Source: a virus
Lineage: Duplodnaviria > Caudoviricetes
Strand: one strand, 5' to 3'
Length of the DNA stretch: 55,442 nucleotides
IMG/VR virus record: IMGVR_UViG_3300009159_000086
Coordinates: 1-55,442 of that record
Shown here: piece by piece, positions 9,412 to 18,155 of the stretch
Numbering within the stretch: the stretch's first letter is position 1
Layout of the letters: each line of letters begins with the position of its first letter
Program-made: the position numbers and the translations under genes
Notes under the pieces: generated by a model
What the model saw: the letters and a program-made list of their open reading frames with translations, nothing else
Database searches by the model: none
What the model was told of the DNA's origin: nothing

Positions 9412-10815
9412 ATGCAATCTCTGAATGAGCAAATTCAGAAAAAGTGGCAGCCAGTTATGGAACATCCTGATCTGGCTCCAATCAAGGACGTCCACAAGCG
9501 TAGCGTAGTTGCTCAGCTTCTTGAAAATCAGGAAAGAGCTGCTCGTGAAGATGGTTTCGGTTCAGGCGGTTATCGTGCTCCAGGTCTCTTGGGCGAAGCT
9601 GCTCCAACCAACGCAATGGGTGCTTCGTCATCTACTGCTGGTGACGGTTCTATCGACACATTCGACCCAGTGCTTATTTCATTGGTTCGTCGTTCTATGC
9701 CTAACCTAATTGCGTATGATATCTGCGGCGTTCAGCCAATGACTGGTCCAACAGGACTTATCTTCGCAATGCGTTCACGTTATACTGACCAGACTGGCAC
9801 AGAAGCTCTATTCAACGAAGCAAACACAACCTTCTCTGGTTCTGCTGTTGGTAATACTGCTTCACGTCGTGTTGTAGGTAACACCACAACTGGTCGTACT
9901 CAGTCGGGTGCTGATCCAACTGGTCGTACTTCAGCTGCTACAACTGGTTCCTATACCGTTTCAACTGGTATGTCTCGTAGCCAAGCAGAACGTCTAGGTG
10001 ACGGAACTGCTTCTGGTGGACAGTTCCAGGAAATGGCATTCAGCATTGAGAAGGTTGCTGTTACCGCAGTTAGCCGCGCTCTCAAGGCCGAATACACAAT
10101 GGAACTTGCACAGGACTTGAAGGCAATTCATGGTCTTGACGCTGAAACTGAACTTTCAAACATCCTCGCTGCTGAAATCCTTTCGGAAATCAACCGTGAA
10201 GTTGTTCGTACAATCAACTATACCGCTTCTGCCGGCGCTCAGGAAAACGTAACAACTGCTGGTACGTTCAACCTAGACGTTGACTCAAACGGTCGTTGGA
10301 TGGTAGAAAAGTTCAAGGGTCTTCTATTCCAGATCGAACGCGAATCTAACCAGATTGCTAAGGCAACTCGTCGTGGTAAGGGTAACATCATGATCTGCGG
10401 ATCTGACGTTGCTGCTGCTATGCAGATGGCTGGTGTTCTTGATTACACCCCAGCTCTTGCTAACAATCTAAACGTAGACGACACAGGAAATACTTTCGCT
10501 GGTGTGCTTAACGGACGTATCAAGGTCTATATCGACCCATACTTCGCTTCTGCTTCAGGTTCACAGTATTTCACCCTAGGCTATAAGGGCTCTTCAGCGT
10601 TCGACGCTGGTCTGTTCTATTGCCCATACGTTCCTCTACAGATGGTTCGTGCTATTGGTCAGGATTCGTTCCAGCCAAAGATCGGCTTTAAGACACGTTA
10701 CGGAATGGTTGCAAACCCATTCGCAACATCTTCTGCCGACGGTGCTATCGGTGCTCCAAACACCAAGGGTTACAACGTGTACTATCGCTTCGTGCAGGTT
10801 ACAAACCTTATGTAA
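9412..10815 (+). CDS. g23: Major capsid protein gp23
   Basis: DPVLISLVRRSMPNLIAYDICGVQPMTGPTGLIFAMR, SRALKAEYTMELAQDLKAIHGLDAE, FQPKIGFKTRYG. Confidence 0.99.
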   Translation: MQSLNEQIQKKWQPVMEHPDLAPIKDVHKRSVVAQLLENQERAAREDGFGSGGYRAPGLLGEAAPTNAMGASSSTAGDGSIDTFDPVLISLVRRSMPNLIAYDICGVQPMTGPTGLIFAMRSRYTDQTGTEALFNEANTTFSGSAVGNTASRRVVGNTTTGRTQSGADPTGRTSAATTGSYTVSTGMSRSQAERLGDGTASGGQFQEMAFSIEKVAVTAVSRALKAEYTMELAQDLKAIHGLDAETELSNILAAEILSEINREVVRTINYTASAGAQENVTTAGTFNLDVDSNGRWMVEKFKGLLFQIERESNQIAKATRRGKGNIMICGSDVAAAMQMAGVLDYTPALANNLNVDDTGNTFAGVLNGRIKVYIDPYFASASGSQYFTLGYKGSSAFDAGLFYCPYVPLQMVRAIGQDSFQPKIGFKTRYGMVANPFATSSADGAIGAPNTKGYNVYYRFVQVTNLM

Positions 10816-10872
10816 TCAAAACCCCGCTGATTCAAAGGCGGGGCAATATAAGACGGTTTCAAGCCGCAAACT

Positions 10873-10897
10873 GGGGAGCAGAAATGCTCCCCTTTTT
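10873..10897 (+). terminator. Rho-independent terminator after g23
   Basis: GGGGAGCA-GAAA-TGCTCCCC followed by TTTTT. Confidence 0.9.
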
Positions 10898-10901
10898 CTT
10901 T

Positions 10902-10909
10902 ACTAAATA
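10902..10909 (+). promoter_or_regulatory. Late promoter ACTAAATA
   Basis: Late-promoter variant ending 6 nt before the g3 ATG. Confidence 0.65.
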
Positions 10910-10914
10910 GGTAT

Positions 10915-11460
10915 ATGAGCGCAATAGATTCCCATCCAGAAAATATCAATTTTCTTAGTCAAAACAGTTTTCGATTCTCTATCAAGAGATTACCGAATAT
11001 CAACTATTTCTGTCAAGGAGTTGCACTTCCTGCAGTTTCTATTGGTGCTATAGAAAGCCCTACTCCACTTGCTTCTATTCCACGCCCTGGTGATCGTATA
11101 ACATACGATCCATTGATTATTAGATTTCGTGTGGATGAAAATCTTCAGAACTATCTTGAAATTCAAAAGTGGATTGAAGGAATGGGACATCCAGAAGATT
11201 TATCTCAAACAACTAAACTTGCTAGACAAATTCGTAATGAACAAGTAGGATTTCGCCCATTAACTGCTATGGTGAATTTCGTATCAGATGGCGTTCTGTC
11301 AATACTCACTAGCAATAAAAACATGAATAAGAATGTGTTTTTCAGAGACTGTTTCCCAACAAATCTTACCGAACTTTCTTTCGATTCTATGAACACAACT
11401 GTAGAATATCTTGAAGCTTCAGTCACGTTTCGTTACCGTAGATACGAAATCGAAGAGTAA
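10915..11460 (+). CDS. g3: Tail completion/tube terminator gp3
   Basis: NFLS...FRFSIKRLP.INYFCQ, F.VDENLQNYLEIQKW, FRDCFPTNL; synteny after g23. Confidence 0.88.
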   Translation: MSAIDSHPENINFLSQNSFRFSIKRLPNINYFCQGVALPAVSIGAIESPTPLASIPRPGDRITYDPLIIRFRVDENLQNYLEIQKWIEGMGHPEDLSQTTKLARQIRNEQVGFRPLTAMVNFVSDGVLSILTSNKNMNKNVFFRDCFPTNLTELSFDSMNTTVEYLEASVTFRYRRYEIEE

Positions 11461-11515
11461 TATGACCCCTGAGTAACACTCATATTATATCGTATATATC
11501 GTCATTCGTCAAGAC
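11461..11515 (-). promoter_or_regulatory. Antisense sigma70-type promoter element, copy 1
   Basis: Minus strand TTGACG(11512-11507)-N17-TATAAT(11489-11484); near-identical to 42600-42654. Confidence 0.75.
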
Positions 11516-11527
11516 TGTAATTCTATC

Positions 11528-11556
11528 TTGACAATAAGTTCACATTATGGTACTAT
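11528..11556 (+). promoter_or_regulatory. sigma70-type promoter of uvsY
   Basis: TTGACA-N17-TACTAT with TG extension. Confidence 0.8.
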
Positions 11557-11562
11557 TACAAT

Positions 11563-12000
11563 ATGAAACTAGAAGATATCTACGATATGTGGGAAAAAGA
11601 TGCCAAATACGATGACTTGGCATTAGACGTTAATTCCCTAGCAATCTCATCCCTTCACGCCAAATATAATCGTTTGCTGAGCGAAACGCGCAGTCAGCTT
11701 CGTAGTGCGATGATTAAGAAAAAAGCACATTTTAATACTCTACGCGAATATTATCTAGGCAATCTAAATAATCCTGACGACTTAGAACGTATCAATCGTC
11801 CGCCTTTTCTTAATAAGGTATTAAAGAACGAAGTCAATAACTATATCGACGCTGACGGTGAGTTGGTGCGTATCGACGAGCGTATCGCATTGCTTGAAGA
11901 AAAAGTCGAAGTCATTATGGAAATCATGAAATGTATTCACAAAAGAGGCTACGATATTAAGTCTGCTATTGAATGGAGAAAGTTTACGAATGGGTTCTGA
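11563..12000 (+). CDS. uvsY: Recombination mediator UvsY
   Basis: LHAKY, YIDAD, RGYDIKSAIEWRKF.NG; upstream of uvsW. Confidence 0.92.
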   Translation: MKLEDIYDMWEKDAKYDDLALDVNSLAISSLHAKYNRLLSETRSQLRSAMIKKKAHFNTLREYYLGNLNNPDDLERINRPPFLNKVLKNEVNNYIDADGELVRIDERIALLEEKVEVIMEIMKCIHKRGYDIKSAIEWRKFTNGF

Positions 12001-13483
12001 CATCATAATCACTAAAGTGAATGAAGCTTGGATCCGTATCGAAGGTAACGAAGGTATGGTGCGTGAGATTGCTGATTATCTCACGTTCGAAGTGCCTGGA
12101 GCTAAATTTTCTCCTAAGTTTAAGTCGCGTGTGTGGGATGGTAAGATCCGTCTACTTAACTCGCGTAACAACCAAACATATGCTGGACTCGCTAAAGATA
12201 TTCAAAAGTTGTGTCAAGATCTTGATTTCGATTATAGTATCGCGAGCGAGCTCAATGAAACTGAGGAGTTTTCACTTGCTGAAGCTAAAGAATTTACATT
12301 ATCACTGGGTCTCCCGTTCGAAGCCCATGATCATCAATTACGCGCATTCGCTGTTGCGGTTAGGAATAGACGCTGTGTTCTGGTTTCCCCTACTGCTTCT
12401 GGTAAGTCTCTCATTATTTATGCGTTGACGAGGTACTATGATTCCCGTACTCTTATTGTTGTGCCAACTATTTCTTTGGTGCATCAGCTGTATTCTGATT
12501 TTGCCGACTATGGTTATGTATCTGATGAGTTCGTTCACCGAATCTTTGGAGGACAAACTAAACAAACAGATAAACCAATTGTTATCTCAACCTGGCAATC
12601 GGTTTACGAAATGGATAAAGCATTTTTCGAATCGTTTGACGTAATCATCGGAGACGAAGCGCATCTGTTCAAAGCGCAGTCGCTGACGAAAGTCATGACG
12701 AATATGGTCAATACGAAATATCGTTTTGGTCTGACAGGAACGCTAGATGGTAGTCAAGTTAATGAGCTAGTGCTTACAGGACTGTTTGGTCCTGCTGAAA
12801 AGATTATCAGCACAAAAGAACTCATTGATAGTGGCAAACTTGCGACGCTTAAAGTCAAGGTACTTATGCTTAATCATCCTGTCGAAGAATGCAAGAAACT
12901 AGTAGGTGGAGCGTATCAGGATGAAGTTAAGCACATTATTTCTTTTGAACCTCGCAATAAATTCATTCGTAATCTTGCTGTATCTCTCAGGGGGAATACA
13001 CTAATTCTGTATGCCTACGTTGAAACTCATGGAAAAATTTTATATGACATGATCCGTGATAAGGCAGATAACCGCGATGTGTTTTTCGTTCATGGTGGAG
13101 TAGATGGTGAAGAACGTGAAGCTATCCGTGGTATAGTTGAGAAACAAAATGACGCTATCATCGTTGCGTCCTACGGCACATTTAGCACAGGCATAAATAT
13201 CAAGAACCTTCATAACGTGATATTTGCTAGCCCAACTAAAAGCCGCGTGCGCACGATGCAATCTGTAGGTCGTGGTCTTAGAATTTCTGACACGAAAGAT
13301 AGTGTGACTCTATTTGATATAGCTGATAATCTTTCTATTAACAATAAGAAAAATTTCACGTTGAATCATCTTATTGAACGAGTCAAAATGTACAACAGTG
13401 AAGAATTCCCATACGAACTTCACACTATCAAGCTAAGGAGTGACAATGGATCAGGGCGAAGTTTATTTTCTGAAGATGTATAG
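11990..13483 (+). CDS. uvsW: SF2 DNA helicase UvsW
   Basis: WDGKIRL, SPTASGKS, DEAH, GLTGT, QSVGRGLR; ATG 11990 after GGAG. Confidence 0.96.
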   Translation: MGSDIIITKVNEAWIRIEGNEGMVREIADYLTFEVPGAKFSPKFKSRVWDGKIRLLNSRNNQTYAGLAKDIQKLCQDLDFDYSIASELNETEEFSLAEAKEFTLSLGLPFEAHDHQLRAFAVAVRNRRCVLVSPTASGKSLIIYALTRYYDSRTLIVVPTISLVHQLYSDFADYGYVSDEFVHRIFGGQTKQTDKPIVISTWQSVYEMDKAFFESFDVIIGDEAHLFKAQSLTKVMTNMVNTKYRFGLTGTLDGSQVNELVLTGLFGPAEKIISTKELIDSGKLATLKVKVLMLNHPVEECKKLVGGAYQDEVKHIISFEPRNKFIRNLAVSLRGNTLILYAYVETHGKILYDMIRDKADNRDVFFVHGGVDGEEREAIRGIVEKQNDAIIVASYGTFSTGINIKNLHNVIFASPTKSRVRTMQSVGRGLRISDTKDSVTLFDIADNLSINNKKNFTLNHLIERVKMYNSEEFPYELHTIKLRSDNGSGRSLFSEDV

Positions 13484-13832
13484 CGGCGAAGACCTACTAT
13501 GTACGTTAGTAGGTGATGAACCCGATTTCCTATATGTGACACAACCTTATCGCGTCGAAATAATGCAAACGCCTGCAACAATGACTGTAACTACGGCTAT
13601 CATGCGTTGGATTCCATTCGAAAGCTTAATGGAACAGACCATTTGTCTTGATAAGAAAAACGTCTTGACATATATGCTAGTGGATGATATAGTTGCTAGT
13701 AAATATTTAAATACGATTGATCAGCAAGCTCAAAAAGAACGCCAAGAGCAAGCTGAAAAGATTAGACAAATGCTTATGATGCAAGCTATTCAACGTATCG
13801 CTAATAGTAGTCCGACAGGATCCATTCACTAA
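13446..13832 (+). CDS. Conserved hypothetical protein (Sm-like fold suspected)
   Basis: LKMYSGEDLLC...WIPF; usual position between uvsW and g55; SD AAGGAG. Confidence 0.6.
   Translation: MDQGEVYFLKMYSGEDLLCTLVGDEPDFLYVTQPYRVEIMQTPATMTVTTAIMRWIPFESLMEQTICLDKKNVLTYMLVDDIVASKYLNTIDQQAQKERQEQAEKIRQMLMMQAIQRIANSSPTGSIH
13665..13693 (+). promoter_or_regulatory. sigma70-type promoter inside CDS, upstream of g55
   Basis: TTGACA-N17-TATAGT with TG extension. Confidence 0.6.
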
Positions 13833-14401
13833 TGACCGAATCAGTTAAACCTCCAAAGAAAAAGACGCATTACGTTAACAATAAAGAACTGTACGCGGCT
13901 ATGGTCGAGTATAAGAAATCCGTTAATGAAGCTAAAGAAGCTGGTAAGCAGAATCCACGCATTCCCAACTATATTGGTGAGTGCATCATGAAGATTGCTA
14001 CACATTTGGCTTATCGCCCGAACTTCGCTAACTATACGTTCCGCGAAGAAATGATTTCTGATGGAATCGAAAACTGTTTGCTCTATATCAATAATTTTAA
14101 TCCGGACAAATATCAGAACCCATTCGCATACTTCACTCAAATTATCTATTTCGCTTTCATTCGTCGTATCCAGAAAGAAAAGAAACATCTGTATACTAAG
14201 TATGCAGCGATTGAGTATGCTAACATGATGGGAGAAACTTCTGATATCCAAGCAGGTGATAAAACCAACTACGACACTGATATCAAGTATGGTGAATGGT
14301 CGCAGGAGCAGATGGAAAAGTTTATGTTGGATTTTGAAACAACAAAAAATATCAGACGAGGCAAGAAACCTGCAGAGGTAGTTGAAACTAAGGCTGAATA
14401 A
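13832..14401 (+). CDS. g55: Late transcription sigma factor gp55
   Basis: HYVNNKE, YRPNFANY, MISDGIENC, NPFAYFTQIIYFAFIRRIQKEKK. Confidence 0.97.
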   Translation: MTESVKPPKKKTHYVNNKELYAAMVEYKKSVNEAKEAGKQNPRIPNYIGECIMKIATHLAYRPNFANYTFREEMISDGIENCLLYINNFNPDKYQNPFAYFTQIIYFAFIRRIQKEKKHLYTKYAAIEYANMMGETSDIQAGDKTNYDTDIKYGEWSQEQMEKFMLDFETTKNIRRGKKPAEVVETKAE

Positions 14402-15471
14402 TGAAAATCGCTTTGATTACTGATACGCACTGGGGCGTGCGTAATGACCAGATAGCATTCCTTGATAACAATAAGAAGTTTCTTGATGACATTTTCTTTC
14501 CGTATCTCAATACTAATAGCATTGACACTATTATCCATCTCGGGGATTTGGTTGACCGCCGTAAATATCTTAACATCAACACAGCTAAACGCTTGCGTAC
14601 AGATTTTCTCGACCCTATCCGAGACAGGAGTTTAGATTTCCATATCCTAGTAGGCAATCACGACACATATTTCAAGAACACGAATAGTGTTAACGTTCTT
14701 CAAGAGCTGCTCGTAGATAAGTATTCCGACTTTAAGATCTACGATGAATATGCTAAAGTTGTAGAGTTTGATGGCACAAAAATAATGATGCTGCCATGGA
14801 TATGTGATGAGAACAGAGATATCATTCTGCAACAGATAGGATCAACTAATGCTCAAATCTGTATGGGGCATCTTGAGCTTGCGGGTTTCGAAATGTATCG
14901 AGGTAGTCCGGTCAGTCATGGAGACGATCGTAGTCTTTTCGGTAGGTTTGATATGGTCCTTAGCGGTCACTATCATCACAGGTCTTCTGCTGGGAACATT
15001 CATTACCTTGGTAGCCATGCTGAATTTACTTGGAGCGACTACGATGACCCTAAAGGATTCCATATCCTTGATACGGAAACTCGTGAACTGGCGTTCATAG
15101 AAAATCCATATCGTATGTTTCGTAAGCTATGGTACAACGATAAGAACTCTACGACCGAAGAATTGCTCGACCGTGACTGGGCTAAGTATTCGGGAGCTTA
15201 TGTTAAGCTCATTGTGTCGAACAAAGATAATCCTATGAACTTTGATTTGTTCACTTCTAAGCTATACGAAGCTGCTCCGCTTGAAGTCACCATCGTTGAA
15301 GATCATCGCAATATGGATACTATCAGCGAAGCTGACCTAGTCGATGAAGCCCAAGATACGCTGACTATCCTATCATCTTACATTAAGTCAATTGAGTCTA
15401 ACGTGAACAATGATGATCTTGACAAACTGATGCGTTCATTATATAATGAAGCATTGAATATGGAAGTCTAA
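14401..15471 (+). CDS. g47: Recombination endonuclease gp47 (Mre11/SbcD-like)
   Basis: DTHWG, HLGD, GNHD, GHLE, SGHYH phosphoesterase motifs. Confidence 0.96.
   Translation: MKIALITDTHWGVRNDQIAFLDNNKKFLDDIFFPYLNTNSIDTIIHLGDLVDRRKYLNINTAKRLRTDFLDPIRDRSLDFHILVGNHDTYFKNTNSVNVLQELLVDKYSDFKIYDEYAKVVEFDGTKIMMLPWICDENRDIILQQIGSTNAQICMGHLELAGFEMYRGSPVSHGDDRSLFGRFDMVLSGHYHHRSSAGNIHYLGSHAEFTWSDYDDPKGFHILDTETRELAFIENPYRMFRKLWYNDKNSTTEELLDRDWAKYSGAYVKLIVSNKDNPMNFDLFTSKLYEAAPLEVTIVEDHRNMDTISEADLVDEAQDTLTILSSYIKSIESNVNNDDLDKLMRSLYNEALNMEV
15419..15447 (+). promoter_or_regulatory. Perfect sigma70 consensus promoter in 3' end of g47
   Basis: TTGACA-N17-TATAAT, 23 nt before the g46 ATG. Confidence 0.75.
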
Positions 15472-17174
15472 TGATTCACTTTACCAAAGTCCGTTGGAAG
15501 AATTTCCTTTCTACTGGCAACGCATTCACTGAAATCCAGCTCGACAAAAATGACTCTACTCTTATCGTTGGTGAAAACGGTGCGGGTAAGTCTACGATGC
15601 TAGACGCAATCTGTTATGGGCTCTACGGGAAACCATTCCGTAAGGTTAAGAAAGATCAGCTGATTAACTCGGTCAACGGACGTGACGTAGTCGTCGAGAT
15701 TGAGTTTCGTACGCATGATCATAGTTATCTTGTGCGGCGCGGCATCAAGCCTAATGTGTTTGAGATTCTTGAAGACGGCGTTCTGATAGACCAAGAAGCT
15801 GCCGTGCGCGACTATCAGGAAATGCTCGAAAAGAATATTCTCAAGCTCAGCATGAAATCTTTCACCCAGATAGTTATCCTGGGATCATCTTCGTTTGTTC
15901 CGTTCATGCAACTGACAACAAACGTAAGGCGTGAAGTCATCGAGGATCTGTTAGATATCCGCGTCTTTTCCTCGATGGCTCTACTGCTCAAGGATCGTGT
16001 AGCAACTAATCGTGAAGAGTATAAGCTCAACGAGCAAGCTATCCGTTATGCTCAGGATGCTATTAAGACACAAGAAAAACTTCGTGCTGAAATCGATGAG
16101 CAACGCGAAAGCAAAATCGCAGACTATAACGTAAGTATCGCACGGAACGAAGAAAATTTGAATGTGTGTAATTCACGCATCGAAGAATATCAAGAAGAAA
16201 TCAATAATCTACTAGAACAATGTGCCGACTATGATGCTATCGTAGGTCGCATTCATAAGATAGTATCGCTAGAGCAAAATCTTGAGAGCAAGAAAAGCAA
16301 TGCTAATAAATCAATCAAGTTCTTCACGGAAAACAATGAGTGCCCTACTTGCGCACAGCTCATTGAGGAAACCATTAGAAAGTCGAAGATCGATGAAAAG
16401 AAAAGTTCCATTGAAGAAATTAAAACGGCGCTTACCAGACTTGAGGATGAACATAGGAAAGCAGAGCATCGTCACAGTGAGATCCGAGGGATTCAGGCTG
16501 ATATTAGAAGGTTACAAACTGAAACGAATCGTTTTCAATCCTCAATTGAGTCCTATCAAAAAGAAATCGCTATTTGGAACAAAGAAATCAGCGACCTTAA
16601 CAAAACGCAGGGAACCTTTACCGAATCCGCGATTCTTTCATCCAAACTTGAGTTAGATAAAGCGCTCAGCTCGAAAGAGCAGATTCTTACTGATAAGGAA
16701 ATGTATGAGCTGGCTACAGTTATCCTACGCGATAGTGGAATCAAGTCTCGCATCATCAAGCAGTATATACCTGTCATAAATACGCTAGTCAATAAATATC
16801 TAGCAGCTATGGATTTCTTCGTGAAGTTCGAACTCAACGAACAGTTCGAGGAAAAGATACTTTCGCGTCATCGTGATGATTTCACATATGAGTCATTCAG
16901 TGAAGGTGAAAAGATGCGTATCGACTTATCGCTTCTGTTCACGTGGCGCGCAATTGCTCGCATGAAAAATAGCGCCAGCACAAATCTTCTGATTCTTGAT
17001 GAAGTGTTTGATGCTTCGCTGGATGCTAATGGTTGTGATGAGTTCTTAAAGCTCATCCATGATATGGAAGAAACTAATATCTTTGTGATATCACATAAAG
17101 GCGACGTTCTCAACGATAAGTTCAGCAATGTGCTGCGCTTTGCTAAACAAAAAAACTTCAGTAGGATAGTCTAA
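15471..17174 (+). CDS. g46: Recombination ATPase gp46 (Rad50/SbcC-like)
   Basis: GENGAGKS, CPTC zinc hook, FSEGEK, LILDE. Confidence 0.97.
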   Translation: MIHFTKVRWKNFLSTGNAFTEIQLDKNDSTLIVGENGAGKSTMLDAICYGLYGKPFRKVKKDQLINSVNGRDVVVEIEFRTHDHSYLVRRGIKPNVFEILEDGVLIDQEAAVRDYQEMLEKNILKLSMKSFTQIVILGSSSFVPFMQLTTNVRREVIEDLLDIRVFSSMALLLKDRVATNREEYKLNEQAIRYAQDAIKTQEKLRAEIDEQRESKIADYNVSIARNEENLNVCNSRIEEYQEEINNLLEQCADYDAIVGRIHKIVSLEQNLESKKSNANKSIKFFTENNECPTCAQLIEETIRKSKIDEKKSSIEEIKTALTRLEDEHRKAEHRHSEIRGIQADIRRLQTETNRFQSSIESYQKEIAIWNKEISDLNKTQGTFTESAILSSKLELDKALSSKEQILTDKEMYELATVILRDSGIKSRIIKQYIPVINTLVNKYLAAMDFFVKFELNEQFEEKILSRHRDDFTYESFSEGEKMRIDLSLLFTWRAIARMKNSASTNLLILDEVFDASLDANGCDEFLKLIHDMEETNIFVISHKGDVLNDKFSNVLRFAKQKNFSRIV

Positions 17175-17719
17175 TGGAATTGATTAAAGGTACAGACCCA
17201 AGACTTAATGAAATTTGCCCAGAGTTCAATTTTGAAACTGGAGTGACTCTTGAAAACGGAACTATCATGCAAGCGAAAGAGCTGTATGAACTCCTTCGCG
17301 ATAAGATGATTGAAAATAAGTGCGTGGGTCTTGCAGCTCCTCAGCTTGGTATTATGACTCGCGTGTTCGTTATCGGTAATCCTGGGGATCCAGCAAGTGT
17401 TATTGGTGTGTTTAATCCTATCATCGTAGATTATGAAAATGAAAAGGTTACATACGAAGAAGGTTGTGCTTCATATCCTGGTATGTTCATAAAGATTAAG
17501 AGGTCTCGACGTATCCGTGCTCGTTATCGTGGATGGGATGGAGAAGCAGGAACTACTCCTTATGAAGGATACACCGCTCGCGTATTCCAACATGAGTACG
17601 ACCATATTAACGGGATCACTTATCAACAGAGAGCTAATCGGTTTCATATTGAACAAGCTCAAAATTTCAAGAAAAAGATGGACCGTAGGGTTGCGAATAG
17701 AAAACAAACTGCTGGATGA
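17174..17719 (+). CDS. def: Peptide deformylase
   Basis: VGLAAPQ, EGCAS, QHEYDH (three PDF signature motifs). Confidence 0.93.
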   Translation: MELIKGTDPRLNEICPEFNFETGVTLENGTIMQAKELYELLRDKMIENKCVGLAAPQLGIMTRVFVIGNPGDPASVIGVFNPIIVDYENEKVTYEEGCASYPGMFIKIKRSRRIRARYRGWDGEAGTTPYEGYTARVFQHEYDHINGITYQQRANRFHIEQAQNFKKKMDRRVANRKQTAG

Positions 17720-17720
17720 A

Positions 17721-18155
17721 ATGTTCGCGGTCGCGGGCGTGAGTAAGGATAAGCTCCACTCATGTCTGCGGCTCATGGGAAAAGAACATCTCCACGATCA
17801 GCGTATGAAAGATATGTGGAAACCAGAGTTCCCATCTATCAACTACTGCTACACAGTTTGCGAATATATCTATTGGTATGTGTTCACTGCTGGTAGCGAA
17901 TGGGATATTCGCACAACCAACATTCCTAGTACGCCAGGGATAAAGCATTGGTTTCTGCGCCGTACTGATGGTCAGGTCGTCGATTTGACTGCCGATCAGT
18001 TTGACGACCACAGCGAAATAAACTATAATGATTCTAGACGAACTGGGTTCTTACAGAGTGGCTGTACGGGACCAAGCAAACGAGCTAGGATATTAGCCAC
18101 ATTGATGGGTCATGATGAACATTCTTGGAAACCAACAATCAACACCTTATTCTGA
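17721..18155 (+). CDS. Hypothetical protein, possible transglutaminase/papain-like Cys-His-Asp triad
   Basis: NYCY...HWFL...VVDLTADQF; start uncertain (ATG 17721 or TTG 17691). Confidence 0.45.
   Translation: MFAVAGVSKDKLHSCLRLMGKEHLHDQRMKDMWKPEFPSINYCYTVCEYIYWYVFTAGSEWDIRTTNIPSTPGIKHWFLRRTDGQVVDLTADQFDDHSEINYNDSRRTGFLQSGCTGPSKRARILATLMGHDEHSWKPTINTLF

Noticed and set aside
10822-10866. tRNA or tRNA fragment (TTCAA loops)
   Set aside because: No acceptor stem, D arm or anticodon arm can be formed; kept only as a hairpin observation.
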